From: Callorhinchus milii
Taxonomy: Eukaryota
Length of the DNA stretch: 64,000 nucleotides
Assembly: GCF_018977255.1 (NCBI RefSeq)
Contig: NW_024704743.1
Location: 60,638,001 to 60,702,000, forward strand
Direction: 5' to 3'
Shown piece by piece: positions 12,880 through 25,945 of this stretch. The notes under the pieces are model-generated. The model searched no databases and was not told the DNA's origin. It worked only from the letters and a program-made list of their open reading frames with translations. Position 1 is the stretch's first letter. Every line of letters starts with the position of its first letter. A program made the translations under genes and the position numbers.

Positions 12880-13014
12880 TGGGACATTGCTGGTGTAGAT
12901 TGGCTGTTGTGTTTGGGATGTTCTTGGTGTAGATTAACTGTTGTGGTCAGAAGATTGATGCTGGAAATTAACTGTTGTGATCAGATGTTGCTCGTGGAAA
13001 TTAACTGTTTATTT
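12880..13014 (+). repeat. Degenerate 33-34-bp tandem repeat (4 units) derived from the Deu-SINE core
   Basis: Units start at 12880, 12914, 12947, 12981; unit 1 tgggacattgctggtgtagattggctgttgtgtt resembles the SINE core tgggacattgctgtgcgcaattggctgccgcgtt. Confidence 0.65.
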
Positions 13015-13924
13015 ACCTGCAGAACAACTGGCATTAGATTTTAAAGTAGCTTGTTGTGTGATAGTAGCCAAGTATTATTCACTGTAATGTCTGTAACTGA
13101 GACTGAAGTCAGACTTTTCAATTCTCTCCTGAAAGAAATCATGTTACTTTTGTAACAGATAAGTAGAAATCTTAATCTTATATAAAAATCAAGTGATAGG
13201 TCTTGTTTAATCATAATAATAAGGTACTACATGAAAGGTGAATTTGGGATCTTGAGTCTAAAATTAATTATTTTCTGGTAAAATGCTTGCTTGAGCTGAC
13301 ATGATGTTTAGGATCATAGATAGAGGTTCTTAAAGGTACACTACAACAGTGAGCAGGTACTGGTATGGGAGGAAGGCAGTAGGTGAGCGGAATCAGCAAG
13401 GTAGGAAAGACCAGGGAGAGGGAGGTCAAGACATTGTACCTGCGTGAAGGGCCCGTTGTATGGTAACAAGATAGATGATTAGGTAAGCTCATACATTGCT
13501 TACCTGTCAAAAAGGTTATCAGCTGCCACTGCTTGGGAAGTAGGAGGGGTACCAAATTATGCGGAGAAAAGCTGAGGAAATGTGTTCTTACAAAATAGTG
13601 GAACAGACTCTTTGGCGGGGTGAATAGGTTCCTCCTGTTCCTGTGTTACCATAACAACAACAACAACAATTTGCATTTCACGTTGGAAGGATATCCGATG
13701 CCTATTCTCCCATAAAAAGAGAGAATAGGCTTGATGGGCTAAATGGTCTCCTACTGTTTGTATGTTTCCATAAAATGATGGAACAGGCTTGCTCTGTGAA
13801 TATCTTTCATTTCATACATTGCTAGGGTGGACGATACCTCCAAAAGGTCATCTCATATATACACTAAACTCCAAGGCTAAACAGAGCGAGTGGAGAACAA
13901 ACAAATGAACAGACAGAATATACT

Positions 13925-14230
13925 GGTGGAGGCAGGACAAGGAAGACAAAGGAGAAAATACGGTAGAGGATAAGGATGATGGGTTAAAGAGGTGTTAATG
14001 ATGAAGAGCAAAGAGGGGAGATTGCAACAAAGCAGGGGAATAGAGGTGTTAATAATGCAGAACAACTTAACACCTCCCAACATGCCCCAGTTCTGACGAA
14101 GGGTCGTGGACCTGAAACGTTGACTCACTTTCCTTTCTCCATAGATGCTGTCTGACCTGCTGAGTGTTCCCAGTGACTTCTGTTTTTTGATTTCAGATTT
14201 CCAGCATCTACAGTGTTTTGTATTTTGTTT
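13925..14230 (+). mobile_element. Short Penelope-like element fragment with a hammerhead motif and an inverted 5' portion
   Basis: 14077-14190 aligns to 16934-17050; 13925-14066 is the reverse complement of ~16800-16937. Confidence 0.75.
14089..14125 (+). ncRNA. Minimal type I hammerhead ribozyme motif (core intact)
   Basis: Stem I AGTT/GACT; core CTGACGA(+A); stem II GGGTC-GTG-GACCT; GAAA; palindromic AACGTT as stem III; predicted cleavage after GUU at 14121. Confidence 0.7.
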
Positions 14231-14709
14231 AGACAGAATATACAGTCCAAAATTAAATTAAAAGTAACTTAGAAGGTATTAAAATCTCAAATTTTGACAA
14301 GCTTGCTTCCCTCAACTGATAAGGTGCGCACTAAAATTCCTGTGTAATGTGATAAAGAACCCTTATCTTCATCTTTAATGACTATTAATGCATTATTATG
14401 ACTCAGGCATTGGTCTTCATTTGCCAATTTAAATGTGGAGACACAATAACTCTCCAGGACATTGGATTGTCTCTTACCTTCTAACAAGCTCACTGATTAG
14501 CAGCAAGCCAAACATTACTAGTACCAGACTTTCTCGGAAATAAAGATAATAGGAATAATAGGATGAAATTTGGAGGATTCATAACAAGTTCCTTGTATTA
14601 TAAGGTGAAACGGAACAAACTTCAACCCATGACCTTGGTCAGCTGATATGCAAAATAGAGGAAATGTTGTTACATGAGACTACAAAATATAAAACTTGTA
14701 AAGATTAAA

Positions 14710-15260
14710 AATAACAATAAAAAAATTGTACATGTATAAACCTTTCTCAAAGGGAGAATGTATCAAAACACTTTACAAAGATGGGATGAGAGCTGAAAGG
14801 CATACGGGAGGGAGTTGAGCAGGGGCGGGTGGTCAAAGACTCAGTCAAAGAGAAGTGTTTGAACAGATTTTGAAAGTAGAAAGAGAGAGAGGTTGATGGT
14901 GTTGGCTAAAGACAGGCAAGAAGCTTGGGTAGACAGGATGGGGAAAAAATGGTGAATTTCACATAAGAGATGAAGGGGTAGAGGGATAAGGGGGAAATAG
15001 GGTCAAATGTTTGAGGGTAACCAGCGTGGGAGAAGGGGAAATGGGTAGAGGGAGCAGAGGCAGCTGAGCAGATCTTAAGAACTTGTTGATTTTCAACACC
15101 AGGAAATCTATGACCTCAAATTTGGAGCTGGATGTGAGGATGGAGGAAGTGTGGGAGAGTGGATGGAGGTGGGATTTTTTTGGAGAAGAGGAGCTTAGGT
15201 TAGCTTTGCTCTTCAGTTTTGTGGAGTAAAAGGAGGATTTTGCCGAGGAGACAGAAAGAT
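14710..15260 (-). mobile_element. Old, decayed L2 fragments
   Basis: L2-type tail at the left end followed by purine-rich antisense ORF2 remnants. Confidence 0.5.
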
Positions 15261-15931
15261 GGTAAGTTTAACAATAATAAAGCTTTTTAGGCAATTTCTC
15301 TGCTCTCTCAACAGGGAAGTATGATATGTCAGATTTGATTGATCATGAATGAGCTAATAGGTGAAAGGTTCCCACGTGTATGCTGAAACATTTGATAATG
15401 CAATCGCACAGCCCAAAATAGCTTTCAGTACTTGGCCACTGCATTTATTAGTCTGTAAATAACGCTAACCGTTTGCTTGCAAACATCTTCAGCACTTATA
15501 TATTCGGTTGCCTTTATCCATCAATATTAATTTCTCTTCAAATGATTTATCACTGGACCTGCTGGCCCATTTAGATTAGCACAGTCCTTCACTCAATAAT
15601 GTGTTTACTCAAATTCTTTTGACCTTTAATATTTCCTTACATTGGAATATGATTTTGTATTCAGGCCTAATATTTAATGTCTAATCATCACTCGCTTTTG
15701 TTCTCCATGAGAGGGCTTGAGTGCTGGATTCTAATGAGCTACTTCACTCACAATCATCAGTGATCACACCAGGAGGGAGTTAGATTCAGCTTTCAGAAGC
15801 AAACTGGAACATCATTATATAATTCATATAATTCAATGGATCAGGAACAAAAAAGTGCAAATTGTAGCACTGCACTGCATCGAAACTGTGGTGTTGTCCT
15901 AAAATAAACTATCAATCTTCATATTACATTT

Positions 15932-16445
15932 ACAACAACAGCAACAATAACTTGGATTTTTAGAGCACCCTCCATGCCAGACGGCGTCTCAGAGCGCTTT
16001 ACAGTAACGGATCCTGGGGCCAAGACAGGGGGAGGGGGAGGAAGGTGACCAAAGACACTGTCGAAAAGAAAGGTCTTCAGCAGAGACCTGAAAATGGGAA
16101 GGGATGGAGTGAGACGAAGGGAGTGAGGAAGGCAATTCCAGAGCTTTGGGGCATAGTGGCTGAAGGCACGGCCGCTGAGGGTGGAACGGAGGACTCGGGG
16201 GACGAGGAGGCCAGACCTGGAGGAACGGAGGCAATGGGTACTGTTTTGAGGAGAGAGGAGGTCAGAGAGGTAGAGGGGTACAGAGGAGTGCAGGGACTTG
16301 AATATGAGGGTGAGGATCTTGAAGTCAATCCTCTCTGGGATAGGGAGCCAGTGCAGTCTGGCAAGGACTGGGGTGATCGGGGAGCGGAGTTTCGTACGGG
16401 TGAGAATGCAGGCGGCAGAGTTTTGAATGATTTGGATTTGATGGA
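15932..16445 (-). mobile_element. L2 LINE 3' fragment
   Basis: Reverse strand encodes IQNSAA.IL.RT..., LHWL.., FKIL..., R.FSHYAP.LWN.LP; (TTG)n tail at the left. Confidence 0.85.
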
Positions 16446-16789
16446 TTTATTATGATTTGTGACAGTATCCTCTGATTTCTATCATTTCTGCTGTTTAAAT
16501 TACCAGTTTAATTTTTTAAAAATTCTTATTTCCATTTGTTTGCTTTCCCTTCTGAATATTCATCAGAAGACCCGCTGCTCGCAGTTGTAATGGTGCATTT
16601 CAAATAGGATAAAAGTCTCAATAGGTTACACAGAAATGAGGATGATTATTTTCTAGGAATGCCAACCTTGAAGATGTTCTGCTCTTCTCTTTGACGTGAC
16701 TTTTGTACTTCCCTTTTACCCTGCTCACCTTTTTTGCTATCTGTTTCCCTTCTTGTGTTTGATGATGTGTTCACTAAAACCTATTTTCA

Positions 16790-17050
16790 CAGCCATATGT
16801 CTTTTGCAGTATTAACACCTCTTTTCCTCTGTTTTGTTGCAATACCCCTTTGTTTTGCATCATTATCATCTTTTTAACCCATCATACCCTGTCCTCTACC
16901 CCATTTTCTTCTTTGTCTTCCTTACCCTCCCTACCAACATCCCCCAGTTCTGATGAAGGGTCGTGGACCCAAAACATTAACTCAGTTTTCTCTCTCCATA
17001 GATGCTGCCTGACCTGCTGAGGGTTCCCAGCGACTTCTGTTTTTGTTTGA
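16790..17050 (+). mobile_element. Short Penelope-like element copy 2 with a CpG-decayed hammerhead motif at 16946-16982
   Basis: agtt CTGATGA a gggtc gtg gaccc AAAA catt aact, then ctccatagatgctgcctgacctgctgagggttcccagcgacttctgtttttg shared with the other copies. Confidence 0.75.
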
Positions 17051-17249
17051 GGGTAATATCTATAATTAATTAACAAAATAAATATTCTTGGTTGAATATT
17101 ATCTTGAGTTACGGCATAAATCAGGAAAAAAATGAAACACTATCGATCGAACACAGACTTACCTAAACTCATGTGGATGTTCTGTGTGTGGGGTAGTGGG
17201 GTGGGGGGGTGGGAGTTTCTTGATTAGCTATTACTGTATCCATTAGTTT

Positions 17250-17465
17250 TGATAATAATCCCTCCAAAACCAAAAAACAATAATAAATTGGTCATTTTCA
17301 ATCTACGACTGTTTGTGGGACGCTGCTGTGCGCAATTGGCTGCCGCGTTCGCCCACAAATATACAGTCAATTCACTTTACAGTGTGTTCTGTGAAGCGCT
17401 TTGGGACGTCCTCCCGATGTGAAAAGTGCTATATCAAATGCAAGGATTATTATTATTATTATTAT
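17250..17465 (+). mobile_element. Young tRNA-derived SINE, 5'-truncated (short subfamily, L2-type loop)
   Basis: Nearly identical to the reverse complements of 36992-37200, 40675-40885 and 54735-54940; (TTA)n tail. Confidence 0.9.
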
Positions 17466-19529
17466 TTATATGAAGTAGTACAACATGAATAATGAACTAT
17501 TTATCATTCAGTCTCTTTGTATAACTTGCCTAAAGGTGAAAATAAGTCCACAGCAAACTGATGGGTTATTTTGGACCAAAAAGACTGAAAATAGAAAATG
17601 TTTCACAAGCAGGTTCCTCATGTTTGCCAAGTACCAAGAGATGTTATATTACACAGTAACCACAGGAGAGGCTTGGGAATGTACAGTAGCGACAAAAACT
17701 ACAAGATTATAATCTTGAATGTATTTCTTGTTTAGTATATGGTCTTTTCCATAACCAGCTCAACTCCAGACAAACCTGTATCCCTCTGTCTCTCTCTCTC
17801 TCCCACCCCTGCTCCTCCTGGAGGGCAACCACATGTTAGTGAGCAGACAGCTGACAAGTGTGGGTTTGAGTTCATACTGGATTGATAGCTAGCATCAGAA
17901 ACTCTTTTCAAGAGAATAGACACTCACATAACTGCACATAACACGCACAAGTTTATCTCAATTATTTCCAGACCACATCCAGAGTCCACTGTAACACATT
18001 AAATGGTTTTAAATTTCAGCCCTCTGCACACTGCACAGGATAGTGGCAGGATAAGAGAGGGTGTGCATAAATCTGCACAATTAGTACAATAATATATTCT
18101 AGCATCCTGCGCCCAAGGTTCTTAATGTTAATGTGGTCTCAACCTCAATAGTTATTTGTAATATATTATGTCGTGTTCTAATAACCCTCTGCATTAAAAA
18201 CATTGCTAACCTCCCTTTAATTCTTCCTGTGATAATCTTGAATTTATTACCACTTGTTATTAATTTGCCAATTAACTTGGAACAATCTTTCACAATTTAT
18301 ACTCTTAATCCAATTTCAGAGAGAGGGAAATATCACTGCTTAGATGGCATGCATATGTGTGGCTCTCAGACTGGTTTAGATACTCTTAAGTGTGGTCCTG
18401 ATGTGAACGGCTCTATTCCATTTCCTTTCAAGAATCCTTGGCCCCAAGAAATAAGGCTGATGAACAATGTGAAAGGATTTTCTATTACGTTCACTGGCTG
18501 TGACAGTAAGTCTTACTGTTTTGAACAAATGATTTGGAATGACATGTTGGTTTGAATCTGAAGTCAAGAGAGGGTGGAGAAATTATAAGGCTGACAATCC
18601 AACTTTAGTTTTCAGATCCTGAAATAGTGCTGAAGTGACACTGACTAGAGTTTATTGAGTCCTAGTCCACCACTACAGCCAATTATATTGTAGTCTTATA
18701 GCAAGGAACTTGGAATTTGCCTATAAATGTATTCATTGGAATCTTTATAGGCTTTCTATGGTACGTGAAAGCCAAGGATATTTTTGCACTCGAGTATAGT
18801 TCATAGAGATATTAATATATGAATGTGTTGTATTCTACCAGAAAATTGCTGGACAAAAGATTGTTAGCCAAACGAAAGGGAAATAGCATCTCAAAAGTCT
18901 TTGAGCTTCGAGTAAGTAATGGCCTAGATTTTGCCTGATGTCCAAAAGAAACAGAATTTATTGATGAAAAGTGCACACAGAGGGCTCATTTTTCTTAGGT
19001 GTGCAATTTAATTTCCTGTTCAGAGTCTTCAGACTCAGTTGTAGTGTTTGGATAAGGATGTAAGAACATCAATGTAAGAACTTCCACTCTCTTTTGATTT
19101 TGCATTCAATACAATACTATGATATATTTTTATTTGCTAATGTTCAAATACAACTTAACACTTAGACAGACTGTTGGCAGATTTAGAGATGCTGTGGACT
19201 GCCTGGATTTGTATATTACCAGCTCAATACCGCAATGCTGAAGAAAATACTAATATTACAGCTAGAAAACTATTCAAACATGAATATAGCTTTATTAACC
19301 CTACCCACTAAAATAACCATCAAAGCACACTTGTGGCTATTTTCAACAAATACAAATCTTTAGTCTACTAATTTTCTCCACAATTTTTTCCCCTTCATTT
19401 ACTCTTCTAAGGTGTTTTTTTCTTTTTCATCTTTTCCTTCCTTTGGGACACAATTCTCTGGATGCTCAAATGGATGGTGTTGAGTTGAACCCTATCCTCA
19501 TCTGATGTTCACATAAATCATTGTAGATT

Positions 19530-19882
19530 CCTGAAGCTCAATGGTTAGAGCGACCTGGGTTCAATTCCCAGCAGGGCAAAATGTGGGGCAAGTTTCCTTA
19601 CTTGGCCTCTGTTTAGCTAGCAGTGAGTAGGAATCAGGTTGTTAGTTGATTGGTGGATTGCTTTTCCAAGGGTAATATTTCCTTCAAAAAATAATAATAA
19701 TAAATCAGTCACTTCAATCCATGACTGTTTGTGGGAGACTGCTGTGCGCAATTGGCTGCCGCGTTTTGCACACAAAATATACAGTCAATTCACTTTACAG
19801 TATATTCTGTGAAGCACTTTGAGACGTCTCGAAAACATGATAAGGCGTTATAGTAAATCAAGGACTTATTATTGTTATTATT
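19530..19882 (+). mobile_element. tRNA-derived SINE (long subfamily) inserted in an older repeat
   Basis: Head agctcaatggttagagc...gggttcaattcc (A/B boxes), Deu-like core, tail gagacgtctcgaaaacatgataaggcg. Confidence 0.85.
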
Positions 19883-20519
19883 AAATGCACCCCTCTTGGG
19901 ATTCACTGAATAGTGATTAGGAGTGGAAACATTGTTTGATTTTCCTCTTGTCTAAGATGGGTACTGAGGCCGATTTTAATACCCTTGCTTTGCTTCCCTG
20001 GCACATTTGAAACTAATCCTAGTATTTCTAAAATTAACTCTGGCATACCTGATAGTTGAGAAAATAAAATTGAACCCAGTTTTTAAAATTCTGGAACTTA
20101 TACATAAACATATTATACAACCTGTCTATAAGAGCACAACCAGACTACTGTATACAAGTTCAATATTAACAAGTCTCAAATGAGCCTAGAAATTACAATG
20201 TATTTTCCCCTTACCATATGTATGTGAAAACAGATGTCCAGAACCTAGTAGTGTATATGGTGTATTATGATGAGTAACATCAGCAATAATTATCATATGG
20301 ACAGAGGAGCAGTCAAAATCTGTCCAGGAATGGTATAATACTGCACAAGACACAAAAATTCCTTTGTTGTCGTGTTTTTTTAAAGTTAATTCTTGAAATG
20401 CTGTTGCTGTGTTATCTGATTTCAGTTAAATAATGATCAGAATAATAAACAAACTATGTATTAACACTGTATTTCATTGCAAAACATTTTCGTTTCACAT
20501 TTTTACATTAACGGGACCT

Positions 20520-21545
20520 AGATCCTGAAAAGTAGGTTTGTGAGATTTTCTAACAGTACTTAAAAGTGGAAGTGTGCTATAGGGACTAGTTCCTGTGCAT
20601 ATTGCATCCTTATGTGAGATGGTAAACCAAGACTCTATCCATCTGTTCAGGTGGACATTAAAAACACTATTCAAAAAGAGAAGGGAGTTTCTCCCAATAT
20701 CCTGTCCAACGTTCCCCCAGATACAATTGGTTGTTCACTTCATGGCTGTTTGTGGGATATTGATATGCACAAATTGGTTGCCAGGTTCACCTACAAAATA
20801 CACACTTACCGTAATTTCTGTGAAGGGGTTTGAGTCATCTCAGTGATGTGATAAAGTTCTATATTGAATGCAAGAATTATTACATTCTGTAGAGCAGAGC
20901 ATTTAATCAGTTCTGTAACTAAATATTTAATTGATCAAAATACAGGAAGAACCTTTGCAGAACATCCTCTGAGGAAATTAAATGGGTTGGGTGGAACCTA
21001 TGATGGAGTGGATAGGTATGATTAATAATGTTCTGTAATTACAATTTTAATTATATCATGAATGTAGATTCCTAGTCTGGGCTATGCCATTGGTCTTGAT
21101 CTGTAAATCTAATACAGAAGTTGAATGAGTTTAACATTTTTTTAATTAACATTCATGTTAATGCCTGTTTTAGTTGGTTACACTCTTGCCTTTGGGTCAG
21201 AAAGTTGTGAGTTCAAGCTATACATTGCAGATTGGGAATGTTAAGACTAACACCCCATTGCAATGCTCTGGTACGCTCCATTGTCAAATGTGCCATCCTT
21301 CACATGAGGTACTGTCTCCCTGCTCACGTGAATGAGCAAGATCTCATATAGCTATTTGAAAAGATAAGGGAGTTTCTGCTGGTGCCCTGGCCAGCAATCT
21401 TCCGGATAAAATTGCTCATTCACTTCATGGCTGGTTGTGAGACATGGCTTTGTGCAAATTGGCTGCTTACAAATATATTTTACAGAAAAAACTTTAAGAC
21501 ATTCTCAATATTATATGCATCATTTTGATTGCAAGGATTATAACT
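20520..21545 (+). mobile_element. Two old Deu-domain SINE copies (~20520-20885 and ~21165-21545)
   Basis: Each carries ctattcaaaaagag/ctatttgaaaagat...ggagttt and catggctgtttgtggga/catggctggttgtgaga...aaattgg cores. Confidence 0.65.
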
Positions 21546-24500
21546 GTATTCATTTCCAATTTGCAGATGGTTTGAGGTTGTGAACAAACAAAGGTTTCTC
21601 TTCATTTCCTATTTTAAGTTTCTTGGTTAAATTATTGTCTATTACCAGTTTCCTCAGCAACATCAGAGCTGGAACCATTGTAATTGTCAACTGCACAGCT
21701 TTAGTCTGAAGAGGTGACTTATGATCTTTTCAAGCTTCGGAAAATGCTCTCTAGATAGTTTTTGGATCCAACTGATATTGCTTTCAATTTTCTATGATGT
21801 TCCAGCTTGTATTTTATTGATGGTTTGAGCTCATGGAAACATTTTCAATAACATGATAGATTTACATTGCTGAACTTTTATTACATTTTGCAAGAATAAC
21901 AACCATACTGATTTCTGTACTTCTATCAAGGCCATGGGTACACCAACAAATATTCCCCAACCCTCTCCACACTTTTGGAATCCTATTAACTGAAGAAGAA
22001 ATGTTGCTAACCTGTGGCTGCCTGTGCTGTTTTCCATATGTGTTTTATGCATTTTCTATGATGATGAGGCACCTCATAGGTCACTTGCAAGATTAAACTG
22101 AAAAATATCTGCAAAATGCCTGAGTTTAGCTCAAGTAGTAGAACTCTCACCTCCAAAGCAAAAGGTTGTAGGTACATGTCCCACTTTTGGGCTTTGAACT
22201 CATATAGTCTAGGCTGACCCACCAATGCAGAGCTGAGGATAAGAACATAAGAAATAAGGGGTAAGTTAATAAGGGTTGTGCTGAATTGTTGGAGGAGCTG
22301 GGCTATGGATGAGACATGAATCTGCCGTGTTTCGCCCACAAAATACGTAGACACTACACTTTACAGTATATTCTGTAAAGCGCTTTGTGACATCTCGAAG
22401 ACGTGATGAGGTGCTATATTAAATGCAAGGATTATGATTATCATTATTCAAAAAGAGAAGGGAGTTCTTTTGGCCAACAATCCTCATATAAAAACTGGTC
22501 ATTCCCTTCATAATTGTTTGTGCAACTTTGCTGTGTATAAATTGGCAACTGCATTTGCCCACAAAAACACATGGTCTCTACAATTCACAGTAAATCCTGT
22601 GAAGTGCTGTAAGACATCTCAACAATGTGATAAAGTATTATATCAAATGGAAAGATTATTCTTTTTATTATTGATGTTGACAATGATAGCTAATGTTTGG
22701 ATGGGTGACATCTATGCTGATAGCAGAATGAAATCTAGGTGACTCAAACTGAAGCTTGGTTTGAGTGAAATAGAATAAAGTTAAACCTGATTCTGGACCC
22801 TCTTCCCCCTCCCCTGGCTTGCCACTTCTCCCACCCCCCTGCCAATTACCAATGCTCAGGATTAAGTCTCACAGGTATCAGAAATATATTTTCAGTTGTC
22901 AACAGGTGGCAGTAGAGTTGTATGTTGCAATGTCAACTTATGGGTCTCAAAAGAGAAGAGATTATTTGATTTAAAGTTTAAATGTAGCCAGGCATTAAAT
23001 GTGACAGTGCTTCCTGAAATGGCAATCTACCGATGCAAAATGAAATGTGTTTTCTTGTGTGGGAGTGAAGAAGGGAATTTGGACCTTATTTTTGGCTAGC
23101 AATATAGAGGTGGAAACTGCAACGTATGATTTGTTAAATAGGACATGTTGAGTGAAACATTGTAAATTCCACTGTTGAAAAATGAAGACATTGAATGGCG
23201 TGACTCCCCTACCCAGCCACATCACAGGACAATCCGGTTATAACTCCGTCATCTGAGTCTATTGTCTCCAGGCTATAAATGGAGCACAGAATAATGGCCA
23301 ATTTCCAGGTAGTCACAGCAACACTGATATCACTTCCTGAGTGCTGTAAGCCTGTCCTTCCCTTGCTGAAACCTGGCCAACTTCAGTGTTGTCAGATCAG
23401 TGTCAATGTCACTTCATGCGTAATAGGTAAAAGAATCACTTCCTTTGCAAAGTGATGTAGGCTAACAGACCTCTCGATTGGCAAGATATTGGCTGTTTTG
23501 TTGAGTTACACTGCTATTCTAATAATAAGAATCTTTGCATTTGGTACAACGCCTTTCATGTTGAGATGATGTCTCAAAGCGCTTCATAGGATATAATGTA
23601 AAATGTAAAGACTGTGCATTTGTAGATGAATGCGGTAGCCCATTTGCACATTTTCAATATCCCACAAATAGCCATTGAGTGCGCGACCAATTTTATTTGG
23701 GAGATTGTTGCCCAGGACAAATAGTGTCATGGGATGTTTAACGTCCACCTGAACAGAAGACAAGACCTTAATATATCATCCCATCTGGAGGACATGTAAT
23801 GGTTAAATAAATTTGTGACCCTACAGTGAAGTAAGGACTGACACAAATTTCCTTTTAAATAGTAAAATTTAATGAAAACATTAGTAAAGAAAATGCATAT
23901 CAAAGTTATATGTTTCATCAAATCAATGTAATGACAGGTTAGTAAAGTTCACCAAAATGGGTTGATCGGATCAATCTAGTGGCTTTGATGTCGGAATTGG
24001 CTTGTTAACATGCATTGATCCACATTGATTTTAGAATATCCCTTTCCTCGAGATTGATTGCGATTAACTGCTCCATTCTCTCTTCAATCTAAGCCAAAAA
24101 ATCTCTGATTCCTTATACCTTTTTGGTCACAAATGCCAGTTTGTTCAATGTGTTGTTAAAAACACCAGCTGCAAACCAAGGACAAGCTCATAACAAAATC
24201 AGAAAACTCAGATAATATAAGTGACTTCAAAGAATATATCGCAATATATTTTTGATCATGTAAGGTTTTATTCAGGGGCATGTTGATGTGTTGAGTTTAT
24301 TGCTCATCTTTGCCGCTATCTATTTTGAAACCTATTACATTATTAGATATTTTTCTTCAGATTTTTGCATTCTACATTTTAGGATCATTGTTAATTATGT
24401 TTATTAATATTGACCCAGTGCTTGGAAAGACTGCTGTGCCTTTTCATTCTTTTATGGGACATTACTGTGTGCAAATTAATTGGCATATTCGTCTATGAAT

Positions 24501-25607
24501 ACACATAACTATACTTTAGAGTAAAATCATGTAAAGCGCTTTGAGATGTTTTGTAAACATGATAAGGATTTCACCCACAAAATACACAGTAAATTCACTT
24601 TACAGTATATACTGTGAAGTGCATTGACGTGATAAGGCGCTACATCAAATGCAAGGATTCTTCTTATTATTAAAGCGCTATATCAAATGCAACATTGATA
24701 TTATTGAAGATAATATTATTGTTAACTTAATTTATAAATGATAAAATTTGTAAGAAGGTCATTTCTTATATTTTATATATATTATATATGATGTATTCAG
24801 CACATCTGGGACTCTGTGAACCATGCATCAGTAACCTTTTCACTGTGCACAGTGCAAGTGACATGTAATTCTGCCCTTTACTGCTTCAGATTAAACTTTA
24901 AGACTGAAAAAAACGTGTAGTGAAGATTCCTCTCATCCAATGTGAGCCTTGCTGTCAGTCAGTGTGTGTTCTTCAGAGAACATAATGTGAAAGAGAAACA
25001 TAATGAAAGAGAACATAATCTAAAAGAAAAGACTAAACAAAGATCAAAACATACCAAAGTAATAAAGAGGAAAGAACAGATAAGGATCGTCAGAAAACGA
25101 AAGTGTAAAGAAGTAAAAAGATAGTCAGACAAGGGAGAGGAAGCAGGAGAAATTACAAACTGAAACATTTTTAGTGTTGTACATATGAAAATTGTTTTGT
25201 ATTGTATTGATTCTGCCTCTACAGCTTTCTGTGTAGAGCATTCCACACCTTCACATTCCTTCTTAATTCTGACCCTCTTAATTCTGATTTAAAGCTGTGC
25301 CCCTTGTAATGGATCCCCTGATGGATTTAGTAATAACAAAATGTTGAGAGTTCAAATATGAAAATATATAGAAGGCAACATCAGCACCAACTGTTCTCTT
25401 AATTCACAGTGAATGATTATCAGCATCACTGTGTCAGTTCCACATTCACGCTCATTCCTTGTGACGTATTCAAAATGAGATTATCCAAACCAATGCTCAC
25501 AGGTTCCACATCAAGGGTAGTTGCAAGCATAAACACTTATCAAGAGCAATTTCAACCTCTGGGGTCTTCAGTGAGCATTTGTTTTGATCAGCTGTGTGTA
25601 TTACATA

Positions 25608-25945
25608 TGCAAAAACCCATCACCATGCAAAGGAGTATTCAAATCAGGTTAAGAGTCCCACATATGCATGCCACCTACACATGGAAATATCCCTGTTTGG
25701 AATGCAATGCACGCTGTGTTCCTGAAGGGACTTTCTTATCTAATTCTGGAGACAATTAGGCACAGGTTGGCAAGAGCCAAAGCTTGGAGGCACAAATTTT
25801 GGTTTCTCTGCCATTAGCAGTGCCCTGGAGTATTGGCTCAGGAACAAGTCTGCTGAGAACACCACACAGGATTGGGTTGATTCCGACATTCCACTGCCAA
25901 ACATATCTCCTTAGAGCTAATTCAGCTCCAAGAAGACCCAACTCC
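25608..25945. repeat. Unclassified dispersed repeat family (copy with an internal deletion)
   Basis: Begins gcaaaaacccatcaccatgc...; matches both halves of 48795-49310. Confidence 0.75.
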
